From a virus: DNA of 64,000 bases. Where the stretch lies: IMG/VR virus record IMGVR_UViG_3300008448_000060, positions 5,503-69,502 of that record. One strand, written 5' to 3'. The notes under the pieces were generated by a model. It saw only the letters and a list, made by a program, of their open reading frames with translations, had not been told where the DNA came from and did not search any database. Below are positions 47,175 to 56,010 of the stretch, piece after piece (positions within the stretch are counted from its first letter, which is position 1; each line of letters opens with the position of its first letter). The translations under genes and the position numbers were made by a program.

Positions 47175-48128
47175 ATGATAAACACATCTGAAAATCAATT
47201 TGTTTGGGTTGAGAAGTATCGTCCTCGTACAATCAACGAATGTATCTTACCTAAAAATTTTAAACTTACATTAAAGTCTTTCATTAAAGGAGGACAGATA
47301 CCACATTTTCTATTTTATGGTACAGCAGGAGTTGGTAAGACTACTGTCGCTCGTGCATTATGTGATGAAATTGGTGCTGAGTATATAATCATAAATGGTT
47401 CAGAAGAGGGTCGTATGATTGACACTCTAAGAGTAAAGATTAAAGGATTCGCTTCAACTGTATCTTTGACTGCAGCAAAAAAAGTTATTATCCTAGATGA
47501 AGCTGATTATATGACTCCGAATATAATGCAACCAGCTTTAAGAGCATTTATAGAAGAGTTCTCTTCTAATTGTAGATTTATACTTACTTGTAATTTTAAG
47601 AATAAAATTATTGATCCGATTAAATCAAGATGTTCTGTAGTTGACTTTAAAATACCAACTGATGAAAGAGCAATTATTGCTGCTGATTTTTTCAATAGAG
47701 TTATTGAGATTCTTGATAAAGAAAATATAAAATACGATAAGAAAGTAGTCGCTACTCTTATACAAAAGTTTTTTCCTGATTTTAGAAAAACATTAAACGA
47801 ACTACAAAGATATTCTGTAGGTGGTACTATCGATACAGGAGTTCTTGTAGGTGTATCAGACGAGTCTTATACAAAACTATTTAAATATTTAAAGAATAAA
47901 GAGTGGGATAAAATGCGTGAATGGGTTGATCTTAATTCAGATATTGATACTACAAATTTATTCTCAGAGATATTTGAAAAGTGCCAACCAGCAATTGAAA
48001 AGAATTCAATACCAGAGTTGGTTTTAATACTAGCAGATTATCAATACAAGTCAGCTTTCGTAGCAGATGCGAATATTAATAAGATTGCTGCAATGACAGA
48101 GATAATGAAAAAATGTCAGTGGAAGTAA
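47175..48128 (+). CDS. gp44: Clamp loader large subunit gp44
   Basis: WVEKYRP, GTAGVGKTT, ILDEAD, FILTCN, SRC. Confidence 0.96.
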   Translation: MINTSENQFVWVEKYRPRTINECILPKNFKLTLKSFIKGGQIPHFLFYGTAGVGKTTVARALCDEIGAEYIIINGSEEGRMIDTLRVKIKGFASTVSLTAAKKVIILDEADYMTPNIMQPALRAFIEEFSSNCRFILTCNFKNKIIDPIKSRCSVVDFKIPTDERAIIAADFFNRVIEILDKENIKYDKKVVATLIQKFFPDFRKTLNELQRYSVGGTIDTGVLVGVSDESYTKLFKYLKNKEWDKMREWVDLNSDIDTTNLFSEIFEKCQPAIEKNSIPELVLILADYQYKSAFVADANINKIAAMTEIMKKCQWK

Positions 48129-48523
48129 AAAAGTATAAAACGAATCCATTTAAGTTCGTCACAGCTATCAATTACAGTAAAGAAAACCTACACGAAACAG
48201 AGACTTTCGAAGAAGATTATTTGCCTTATATTATTAATAGATCTCTCTCTATGTTCCCAGATACAGTCCAAATAGCTAATGAAATCAACATTTTGCACTA
48301 TGTTCCAAAGAAATGGCAATTTCTATTTTACCTAAATATAGTCGCTAAGAAGAAAAGATATTCGAATAAAAAGTGGGCAAAAAAATCTAAAGATTCTAAT
48401 GAACCCTTTATTATGGAATATTATAACGTTTCTGCTCAAAAAGCAAAAGAGATATTATCCCTTTTAAAACCAGAGCAGATTGAAATTATCAAATCAAAAT
48501 TTTATAAAGGTGGCACGCAATGA
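48113..48523 (+). CDS. gp62: Clamp loader small subunit gp62
   Basis: Y.PYIINRSLS.F.DT...ANE.N, EYY.VS..KA...L; synteny. Confidence 0.9.
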   Translation: MSVEVKKYKTNPFKFVTAINYSKENLHETETFEEDYLPYIINRSLSMFPDTVQIANEINILHYVPKKWQFLFYLNIVAKKKRYSNKKWAKKSKDSNEPFIMEYYNVSAQKAKEILSLLKPEQIEIIKSKFYKGGTQ

Positions 48524-48987
48524 GTGAAATTGAAAATAAACAAGAGTCATTAGAGACTGTAAAAGAAGATTCAAATAAGTCTGTTCCATATGCATGGAGT
48601 CCAGACAAAATGTTAGAAGTTTTTCTGATCGAACCAGATAACTTTTTAAAAATTAGAGAAACATTAACACGTATCGGTATCGCAAGTCGTACTGATAAAA
48701 AACTATATCAATCTTGTCATATATTACATAAACAAGGAAGATATTTTATCGTTCATTTTAAAGAATTATTTTCTTTAGATGGAAAAGAATCTAATATTAC
48801 TACAAACGATATTGAAAGAAGAAATACAATAGCTGTATTACTGGCTGATTGGGGATTATTAAAAATTAAAGATCTTGCTCAAATTTCATCCAAAGCTTCT
48901 TTAAGTCAAATCAAAGTTTTAGCACATAAAGACAAAGCAGGTTGGGAACTTGTGGCTAAATATAACATTGGAAAAAGAGCGAAATAA
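48520..48987 (+). CDS. regA: Translational repressor RegA
   Basis: FLKIRETLTRIGIAS...KLYQSCHILHKQGRYFIVHFKELF.LDG. Confidence 0.96.
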   Translation: MSEIENKQESLETVKEDSNKSVPYAWSPDKMLEVFLIEPDNFLKIRETLTRIGIASRTDKKLYQSCHILHKQGRYFIVHFKELFSLDGKESNITTNDIERRNTIAVLLADWGLLKIKDLAQISSKASLSQIKVLAHKDKAGWELVAKYNIGKRAK

Positions 48988-48988
48988 T

Positions 48989-49396
48989 ATGAAAAAAATA
49001 ATAACATGTATAGCAATTTTATTGTCTATATTTTCTATAAACTTTATCACTAACACAGCGAGTGCAGCTGACAACAATGGTCATGGATTTGTCTATCATC
49101 GTTCAGACTGTTCTCCAGGATGGGTAAGATTGTATGGGGATGGTGGTCGTATGCGTGGCACTGAGTGTGGGCAATGGCTGAGTGAGTTTGCAATGGAAGT
49201 GATACACACAACAGATTACAATTTTAATGTGGATCAACTGACGTGTTTGGGCACACAATTCAGTTTTCAAAATTATTGGGCGAATTATCATATCTCAGAT
49301 GATGAACTTAGAAATTGCAATCTAGAAGTATTGATCAATCCAGAATTTAAAAAACTTTTTAATAAAAAAGTGCGTTTTAATAGACTAAGCGATTAA
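48989..49396 (+). CDS. Hypothetical exported protein
   Basis: From ATG 48989: MKKIITCIAILLSIF...ASA signal peptide; four Cys in the mature part. Confidence 0.55.
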   Translation: MKKIITCIAILLSIFSINFITNTASAADNNGHGFVYHRSDCSPGWVRLYGDGGRMRGTECGQWLSEFAMEVIHTTDYNFNVDQLTCLGTQFSFQNYWANYHISDDELRNCNLEVLINPEFKKLFNKKVRFNRLSD

Positions 49397-49397
49397 T

Positions 49398-49553
49398 ATG
49401 TTTTATATTTGGCATACTTTATTAATAGTTGCTTTTATAGTTATGGCATTCTTTATGGGTCTTATTTTAGGTAAGAAAATAGACTCAAAGACACGAAATT
49501 TAAGCTTATTGAATAAAAAAAAAGATAATAAATTCAATAACTTGAATAAATAA
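49398..49553 (+). CDS. Small membrane protein (51 aa; not in ORF track)
   Basis: MFYIWHTLLIVAFIVMAFFMGLILGKK...; TM helix followed by a basic tail. Confidence 0.5.
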   Translation: MFYIWHTLLIVAFIVMAFFMGLILGKKIDSKTRNLSLLNKKKDNKFNNLNK

Positions 49554-49696
49554 TATTGTATAGGTACTAGTAATTTTAAAAATAATACCTATATAATAGT
49601 GTATATTCGATCGTTGTATCGAATATAACACACCTGATTGTTCCAATAGTGGAAAGTCAGTAGTAAATAATAACCTTGCTTTCATAGGAGGATATA
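49554..49696 (+). promoter_or_regulatory. Multi-hairpin leader ending in a ROSE-like RNA thermometer
   Basis: Hairpins at 49554-49598, 49599-49631, 49634-49660; last hairpin CCUUGCU-UUCAU-AGGAGG (49674-49691) sequesters the SD with a bulged G. Confidence 0.7.
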
Positions 49697-49900
49697 ATGA
49701 TAGCACACATAAACCAAGCGATTGACACTCTGTCAAACGCACAAAAGTCTGTTGTTGAAACATTCATCAAAGACTCAAAAGTAGCAGAACCAGTAAATTC
49801 AATTATTGATGCTACTCAAACTTTTAGCAAAACATTAGCAAAATCATTCGTAAGCTTAGGCGAAACATTTGTTGCGAACGTTAGCAAAGGAGGAAAGTAA
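49697..49900 (+). CDS. Small amphipathic-helical protein, translationally coupled to hsp20
   Basis: AGGAGG RBS; stop overlaps the hsp20 start (TAATG). Confidence 0.65.
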   Translation: MIAHINQAIDTLSNAQKSVVETFIKDSKVAEPVNSIIDATQTFSKTLAKSFVSLGETFVANVSKGGK

Positions 49901-50352
49901 TGACTAGACTTCCTACTTTTTTTAATGACGCATTCAAAGACTTCGATAAGTTTTTCGTAGGATTCGATGATCAATTAGCACGATTCCACGATATACACGA
50001 GTCATTTGGAAAAATGATACCAAACTATCCACCATACAACTTAAAAAAAGTTGATGATAACAAATATGTTATTGAAGTGGCTGTTGCTGGGTTTGCAAAA
50101 TCAGATATTGAAATCACATTAGAAGATGACAAATTAATCATCAAAGGTGAATCAAAATCTGACGAAACAAAATCAGATTCAAAAGATATTGAACTATACA
50201 AAGGTATAGCAAATCGTGCATTCGAAAGATCGTTTGCATTATCTGATAACATCGAAGTAAAAGATGCTCAGTATCTAAATGGTATGTTAAAAGTTGTTCT
50301 AGAAAGAATAATCCCAGAACACAAAAAACCAAAAAAAATAGCAGTAAAATAA
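49900..50352 (+). CDS. hsp20: Small heat-shock protein (Hsp20/IbpA family)
   Basis: PNYPPYN, IEVAVAGF, KGIA.R.F.RSF.L, A...NGML...LE..IPE.KKP. Confidence 0.95.
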   Translation: MTRLPTFFNDAFKDFDKFFVGFDDQLARFHDIHESFGKMIPNYPPYNLKKVDDNKYVIEVAVAGFAKSDIEITLEDDKLIIKGESKSDETKSDSKDIELYKGIANRAFERSFALSDNIEVKDAQYLNGMLKVVLERIIPEHKKPKKIAVK

Positions 50353-50368
50353 TAATACTGTTTTAAGA

Positions 50369-50400
50369 GGATTGGTAGAGTTTAATTATTCTACCAATCC
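50369..50400 (+). terminator. Hairpin after hsp20 (probable terminator or stabiliser)
   Basis: GGATTGGTAGA / TCTACCAATCC perfect 11-bp stem; weak T tract. Confidence 0.6.
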
Positions 50401-50424
50401 AAACTTATTAAGAGATAAAATAAA

Positions 50425-50589
50425 ATGATTCCTTATAACGTTTGTGAAAACAAATGGGTAAGTAATACTAAAAAAATTGTTAAAAATAATTGGGATAAAC
50501 TTCCAATCATTTGTCAAATAACAGTCTATATGATGGTTATTTCAATTTTTGTTTTAGGTATGCTTACAGCATTTAAAAGTTTTCTATAA
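50425..50589 (+). CDS. Small membrane protein (54 aa; not in ORF track)
   Basis: MIPYNVCENKW...IICQITVYMMVISIFVLGMLTAFKSFL with C-terminal TM helix. Confidence 0.45.
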   Translation: MIPYNVCENKWVSNTKKIVKNNWDKLPIICQITVYMMVISIFVLGMLTAFKSFL

Positions 50590-50591
50590 AA

Positions 50592-50774
50592 ATGAGCAAT
50601 CTCTCAAGAGATTGTATTTTTCGTCTTGAATCTTTGGGCATTCCTTGTTGTTTGCTTAAAGGTTGCAAGTGCGAAGAATCTTTCAATCTTGAAAAAGAAA
50701 CAAAAACCCCAGATAAATCTATTCCAAAAACACCATCAGAATTACTCCAGGATGAATTAGAGCCGATTCTTTAA
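50592..50774 (+). CDS. Hypothetical Cys-rich small protein
   Basis: 60 aa; C...CC...CKC. Confidence 0.45.
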   Translation: MSNLSRDCIFRLESLGIPCCLLKGCKCEESFNLEKETKTPDKSIPKTPSELLQDELEPIL

Positions 50775-50777
50775 ACC

Positions 50778-50806
50778 TTTACACACAAGTATTTTTATAG
50801 TATAAT
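50778..50806 (+). promoter_or_regulatory. Sigma70-type promoter
   Basis: TTTACA(50778)-N17-TATAAT(50801). Confidence 0.65.
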
Positions 50807-50813
50807 ATAGTCT

Positions 50814-51134
50814 ATGAATCAAAATAATCCACAAGTTAAAATAATCGTATTGTTAAATGGTCAACATATGATTGGTAAAGTAATTAGAGAAGATGAAAAA
50901 GAACTTATTGTTGAAGCACCTGCTGTTATATTAACAGGTGAAGATAATAAAGAACCAAAAAGAATGTCATTAGCATTCGCACCATTTCTACCCTTTTCAT
51001 CTGATAAAACATTTACTTTTAGATCAGATATGATATTAACAACATCAATTCCAGCAGAAGCATTAACTAACGAATATAATCGTATGTTTGGTTCTGGTTT
51101 GGATATTATAACAAAACCATCTTTAATAGTATAA
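50814..51134 (+). CDS. Conserved hypothetical protein (Sm-like fold)
   Basis: L.NG..MIGKV, FAPFLPF, EYNRMFGSG..I; typically lies between hsp20 and gp43. Confidence 0.7.
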   Translation: MNQNNPQVKIIVLLNGQHMIGKVIREDEKELIVEAPAVILTGEDNKEPKRMSLAFAPFLPFSSDKTFTFRSDMILTTSIPAEALTNEYNRMFGSGLDIITKPSLIV

Positions 51135-51142
51135 TTAAAGGT

Positions 51143-51174
51143 TTTACTTCCAAGAAATTTTATAGTATAATATA
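51143..51174 (+). promoter_or_regulatory. Sigma70-type promoter; exact copy of 40891-40922
   Basis: 32-nt identity. Confidence 0.75.
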
Positions 51175-51225
51175 GGGAGTAAAGTAAAAAATAAACAATA
51201 TAGTATAACAAGGAGTAAATATATA

Positions 51226-51576
51226 ATGACTATACTAAGAAAAATATTTGGTTCAAGAACTTCTACAAGAAGAACTATGAAACAAGTATCAAAAAAAGAA
51301 CAAGTGCTTAACCTTTTATCAAAAGGTAAAAACGTTGCATGGCAGACAATTAGAGACAGATTTGATCTAGAGTCTCCAAGAGCGATGATTGATACATTAA
51401 GAGCAGAGGGTCATATGATTTATGGCAATAAAATTGCTGGTAAAACATATTACAGACTTGGCAATCCAACAAGAGCAATTATTGCTGCTGGGATTGAAGC
51501 TTTATATGGTACAAAATTCAAATATTCTAATTGGAAAAATCCAGTAAGAAAATCTGAATTATCACCAATTAACTAA
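51226..51576 (+). CDS. Putative winged-helix DNA-binding protein
   Basis: VLNLL..G......IR.RF.L..PRA.I..LR.EG..IY.N......YRLG.P pattern; AAGGAG RBS. Confidence 0.6.
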   Translation: MTILRKIFGSRTSTRRTMKQVSKKEQVLNLLSKGKNVAWQTIRDRFDLESPRAMIDTLRAEGHMIYGNKIAGKTYYRLGNPTRAIIAAGIEALYGTKFKYSNWKNPVRKSELSPIN

Positions 51577-51584
51577 TTAAAGAA

Positions 51585-51690
51585 TTTACTGAGAGGGCTA
51601 AATCCTCGCCAGTAAATAGTGGTGTGCCTTTATCTTCTTCTTCTTAGAGCGAAGAAATTTGTTATGTGCCTTCAAATGTGGCACACCACT
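51585..51690 (+). other. Structured intergenic RNA element upstream of gp43
   Basis: Hairpin TTTACTG..CAGTAAA (51585-51616), then an 11-bp stem AGTGGTGTGCC/GGCACACCACT enclosing a TTCTTC/GAAGAA stem. Confidence 0.55.
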
Positions 51691-51731
51691 CATTAATAAA
51701 AAGGTTGCGATATATTCGCGAGAAAGACTAA

Positions 51732-54236
51732 ATGAATTCTAAAATAGGTACAAATTTTTACACTAACGTTTCCACTACAGCCAACGATGTGCTCGTTCGA
51801 GCAATCACTGACGTTGGTACTCGAATCCAAGAAAGAATCCCATTTAAACCACACTGTTATATTACCAAAGGAACTGGTAATACACCCTATAAAACACTAG
51901 ACGGAAAACCTTGTTATAGAGTTAATTTTGACTCTATGAAACATGCGAGAACATTCTTTGATGAATTTAAAACGATTTCTAATTTTGACGTGCATGGAAT
52001 GCTTTCATTCACTCATCAATATATTAATCAAGCATATCCTGAAGCAAGTTTAGATTTTGATTATTACAAAATAAGAATCTACTCTTTAGATATAGAAACA
52101 ACAACTGAGAATGGTTTTCCAGATGTAAATAATCCAACCGAATCTATTATACTTCTTTCAGTACAAGACATTCATACTAAAAAAATCATTACATGGGGAT
52201 TAAAAAAATATACAGGAGAACGTACAGATGTTGAATATCGTGCTTTCCCTGATGAGAATGCTATGCTTGATGACTTCATTAAGTGGTGGCATAAAAATTG
52301 TCCAGATATTATTACTGGTTGGAATGTAGGTGCATTTGACACAGTTTATCTTTATAAAAGAATTCAATTATTACTAGGTGATTACACTGCTAAAAAACTA
52401 AGTCCATGGTCTTTTATTTCATCTAAAACAGTTTCAGTAAGAAATAAACAAACAACATATATTGATTTTGAAGGAACATCTCTTTTAGATTATATGAGTT
52501 TGTATAAAAAATATACTTACACAAACAAAGAATCTTATAAACTTATTGATATAGCACAAGATGAATTAGGTGTGACTAAATTAGATCATAGTGAATATGC
52601 TTCATTTAAAGAATTTTACACAAAAAACTGGAATAAGTTTGTTGATTATAACATAAGAGATACTGAATTAATTACTCAACTAGAAGATAAAATGCGTCTT
52701 TTAGAATTAATTGTCACTTTTGCATATAAAGCGAAAGTTAATTTTACTGATGTTTATTCTCAAGTAAGAACTTGGGATATGATTATTCATAATCATCTTA
52801 TACAAAAAAATATTATTATCCCACCTAAAAAGCCAGTGGGGAAAAGTCAACAGTTTGAAGGAGCATATGTAAAAGACCCAATCTTAGGAATGCATAAATG
52901 GGTTGTTGGGTTTGACTTAACTTCACTTTACCCACATTTAATTATGCACTATAATATCTCGCCAGAAACAATTCAAAATAAAACTTACAAATCAGGAGTA
53001 GATCATTATCTAAACAATCCAGCTGAGTTTCAAGATGATGAAACTGTAGCAGCAAATGGTTCAGTTTATACAAATAAAATTGAGGGGATGCTTCCTAATA
53101 TTATGAACACTTTTTATGCTGAGAGAGATGTTGCTAAAAAGAAAATGATAGAAGCTGAAAAACAATTTCAAACAACTAAAGACCCTAAGCTTAAAAAAGT
53201 TATATCAAAATATAATAATGAACAAATGGCTTACAAGATCGCTTTAAATAGTGCTTATGGTGCGATAGGTAATGAACATTTTAGATATTTCGATATACGT
53301 ATGGCTGAAGCAATCACACTTGGTGGACAACTTGCTATAAAATGGATTCATAATAAGATGAATGATTATATGAACAAAATTTTAAAAACTGAAAATAAAG
53401 ATTATATTATTGCTGTTGATACAGATTCAATTTATGTAAATTTTGAAAAAATAGTAGAGAAAGCATTTTTAGATGCACCTGATAGATCAAAAATTGTAGC
53501 ATTTATAGATAAAATTTGTAAAGATAAAATTATACCATATATTAATACTTGTTATGATGAATTGGCAAAACGTCATAATGCTAAGAATAAAATGATAATG
53601 AAACGAGAGAGTATTTCTGATAGAGCAATATGGACTGCTAAGAAAAGATATATTCTTTCAGTATTAGATCAAGAGGGTATTTCTTATAGTACACCTAAAT
53701 TTAAAATAATGGGTTTAGAAATTGTTAAATCAAGTACACCTATGATTGTAAGGAAAAAACTTAAAGATGCTCTTCCTATTATATTATATGGCAATCAATA
53801 TGAATTATTTAATTTTATTAACAACTATAAAAAAGAATTTTATAATTTAACACCAGAACAGATTGCATTCCCTAGATCATGTCAAGGAATAAATGAGTAT
53901 GCAGATCCTGTTAAAATTTATAAACTGTCAACACCAATGCACACTCGTGGTGCTTTAATGCATAATCATTTTGTAAATAAAATGAAACTAACAAAGAAAA
54001 TAGAACTTATAAGAGAAAGCGATAAAATCAAATTCATTCATCTTAAAACACCAAACCCTTTACAATCTACAAATGTGATTGCTTTTTTAGATACATTACC
54101 AACTGAGTTTAAAGTACATCAATATATCGACTATGATACAATGTTTCAAAAAGTATTTTTAGATGCTTTAAAGTTAATTATTACACCATTGGGGTGGAAA
54201 ACTGAAGAAACGAGTAGTTTAGAGGATTTCTTTTAA
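51732..54236 (+). CDS. gp43: Family B DNA polymerase gp43
   Basis: Exonuclease DIET, TGWN...FD, YN..D; polymerase FDLTSLYP, KIALNSAYG, DTDS, KKRY. Confidence 0.97.
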   Translation: MNSKIGTNFYTNVSTTANDVLVRAITDVGTRIQERIPFKPHCYITKGTGNTPYKTLDGKPCYRVNFDSMKHARTFFDEFKTISNFDVHGMLSFTHQYINQAYPEASLDFDYYKIRIYSLDIETTTENGFPDVNNPTESIILLSVQDIHTKKIITWGLKKYTGERTDVEYRAFPDENAMLDDFIKWWHKNCPDIITGWNVGAFDTVYLYKRIQLLLGDYTAKKLSPWSFISSKTVSVRNKQTTYIDFEGTSLLDYMSLYKKYTYTNKESYKLIDIAQDELGVTKLDHSEYASFKEFYTKNWNKFVDYNIRDTELITQLEDKMRLLELIVTFAYKAKVNFTDVYSQVRTWDMIIHNHLIQKNIIIPPKKPVGKSQQFEGAYVKDPILGMHKWVVGFDLTSLYPHLIMHYNISPETIQNKTYKSGVDHYLNNPAEFQDDETVAANGSVYTNKIEGMLPNIMNTFYAERDVAKKKMIEAEKQFQTTKDPKLKKVISKYNNEQMAYKIALNSAYGAIGNEHFRYFDIRMAEAITLGGQLAIKWIHNKMNDYMNKILKTENKDYIIAVDTDSIYVNFEKIVEKAFLDAPDRSKIVAFIDKICKDKIIPYINTCYDELAKRHNAKNKMIMKRESISDRAIWTAKKRYILSVLDQEGISYSTPKFKIMGLEIVKSSTPMIVRKKLKDALPIILYGNQYELFNFINNYKKEFYNLTPEQIAFPRSCQGINEYADPVKIYKLSTPMHTRGALMHNHFVNKMKLTKKIELIRESDKIKFIHLKTPNPLQSTNVIAFLDTLPTEFKVHQYIDYDTMFQKVFLDALKLIITPLGWKTEETSSLEDFF

Positions 54237-54237
54237 A

Positions 54238-54306
54238 TAAGCTATTGATTTTATTAACTTTTTTCTTTGAAAAAAACTTTACTTTTAAGAAAAAATATGG
54301 TATAAT
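54238..54306 (+). promoter_or_regulatory. IHF-like site plus TTTACT-N17-TATAAT promoter
   Basis: Minus strand A6-N8-AATCAATAGCTTA, perfect WATCAR-N4-TTR; -35 at 54278, -10 at 54301. Confidence 0.7.
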
Positions 54307-54315
54307 ATAGGTTGT

Positions 54316-54531
54316 ATGAGTAATAAAAATATATTAAAAACTGAAGATATATTAACTGCTATTGATGTTTGTTCAAATATATTAATAGATACATTAAAAG
54401 ACGTTGAATATCTTGAAGTTAAAAAAGCAGAGGGTGATCTTACTGATAGTGAATATCAAGACTTACATTATGCTCGTGGATATTCTGATGCTATTCGTAC
54501 AACAATAAAATATCTAGAAACAATAAAATAA
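54316..54531 (+). CDS. Hypothetical protein
   Basis: 71 aa ORF right after the promoter. Confidence 0.55.
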   Translation: MSNKNILKTEDILTAIDVCSNILIDTLKDVEYLEVKKAEGDLTDSEYQDLHYARGYSDAIRTTIKYLETIK

Positions 54532-54534
54532 ACT

Positions 54535-55080
54535 ATGAAATATATTGACACAGATCTACCAATAAAAAAAACTACCTTTAAACCAAATTACAAAAGTCAA
54601 AAAACAAAATTCAATAATGGAAATGAAGCATATATTCTTAGTGTAGTCAATTCTGTTGAAGCTGTTAATAAATTATATGGTGAATTTACCTTAGTGACTG
54701 GTAGATATTCTGTATATGATACTGTATCTAAGACACACATAGCTGAATTAAAAACTAGAACCTTTGGTTTATACGATGAACATAATGAAAAGAAACTACA
54801 TCCATTTATATTAAGAGGGTTGATGATTGAAAAGAAAAAATATGACAATCTAATGAGGGTTTCAAAACAATTTAATAAACCAGCTTTGTATATTAATCAT
54901 TTACAAGGCGATCATTTAATTATTTTTAATTTAAATGAAATTGATCCTACAAAATTAAAATTAACTAATATGAAAGTGAAAGATAAAATAACTCAACAAA
55001 TTATAATGAAACCGAGTTATCTACTCAACTATACACTTGGATCGTTTTATATTAATCAATTAGAAACACAATATGTTTAA
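54535..55080 (+). CDS. Putative PD-(D/E)xK-type nuclease
   Basis: E...YSVYD......AELKTR....LMIEKKKYD.L pattern (D...ExK). Confidence 0.45.
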   Translation: MKYIDTDLPIKKTTFKPNYKSQKTKFNNGNEAYILSVVNSVEAVNKLYGEFTLVTGRYSVYDTVSKTHIAELKTRTFGLYDEHNEKKLHPFILRGLMIEKKKYDNLMRVSKQFNKPALYINHLQGDHLIIFNLNEIDPTKLKLTNMKVKDKITQQIIMKPSYLLNYTLGSFYINQLETQYV

Positions 55081-55315
55081 ATTTATATTTAAAGTTTTAT
55101 TAGTATTTTGTGTTGTATTCACAATCCATAGTTTGGCTCGTAAGAATCCAACCTATGATGCAGTAGTTTTGAATTTAATTCCAAACAGCTGTGATCGTGA
55201 ATGTAAGAAAAAACTATTTGAAGCAGAGATGGAAGAATCTATGCAACAAATGGCTCGTAGTATTATGAGCGAATTACTACATCAAACAAAACAATTAACT
55301 AAGGAGAAACAATAA
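55073..55315 (+). CDS. Hypothetical exported/membrane protein
   Basis: Hydrophobic N-terminus; CDREC. Confidence 0.5.
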   Translation: MFKFIFKVLLVFCVVFTIHSLARKNPTYDAVVLNLIPNSCDRECKKKLFEAEMEESMQQMARSIMSELLHQTKQLTKEKQ

Positions 55316-55797
55316 TGAACACCAAAAATTTTGGAAGACATTTAGAAAATCCCAAAGTAAATGAAGAATCGTTTGAGAATAGAGAAAAAATGAGCACTCA
55401 TAGAGAATGGGATTGGCAACCAAAAATTAAAATATCAAAATATACTAATCATAAAACTGATTTAATCGGTGCGATTATATTTGCAATTATATTAGTATTA
55501 CTTTTAACTTTTATGCCAAAATCTTCATATTCTTCTGAAAAACCAATTAAAGATGAAATTACAGAGTGGTACGAAAACACAACAATTTCTATTGCGAATG
55601 AAATAATTTCTTTAGGAAACTTTGTAGTTAATGTTCCTGATAAAATAGGAACTGGATTATCTAATTTCTGGCAAGAAACAAAAACATATCAAATTGAAAG
55701 CTGGTCTAAAACAAGAGAAGAAAACCCACAAATATTTGATACTGTAAATAAAATTAAAGAATATTTTATTCCAACTGTAGAAACTAAAAAAGAATAA
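55315..55797 (+). CDS. Hypothetical membrane-anchored protein
   Basis: TM segment LIGAIIFAIILVLLLTF; AAGGAG RBS. Confidence 0.55.
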   Translation: MNTKNFGRHLENPKVNEESFENREKMSTHREWDWQPKIKISKYTNHKTDLIGAIIFAIILVLLLTFMPKSSYSSEKPIKDEITEWYENTTISIANEIISLGNFVVNVPDKIGTGLSNFWQETKTYQIESWSKTREENPQIFDTVNKIKEYFIPTVETKKE

Positions 55798-56010
55798 ATG
55801 TATATGTTGTATAATAAAATATTTACGCATAAACTAGTTGAAGATTTAGATGACGTAAGAGACTATGTTGAAAATGGTATGGCGATTGCTGCAATCACAA
55901 GAATTAATTTAATTAAAAAAGATATATTAAAAGCATCAGATGCTATTCAACAACAAACTAAAATTAGAGGTAAGGTGACTGCAATTAGAAGAAAAGGAAA
56001 CCATTGCTAA
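55798..56010 (+). CDS. Hypothetical protein
   Basis: 70 aa ORF abutting its neighbours. Confidence 0.5.
   Translation: MYMLYNKIFTHKLVEDLDDVRDYVENGMAIAAITRINLIKKDILKASDAIQQQTKIRGKVTAIRRKGNHC

Noticed and set aside
51585-51731. tRNA gene in the gap before gp43
   Set aside because: No T-loop GTTCRA and no cloverleaf with correct arm lengths
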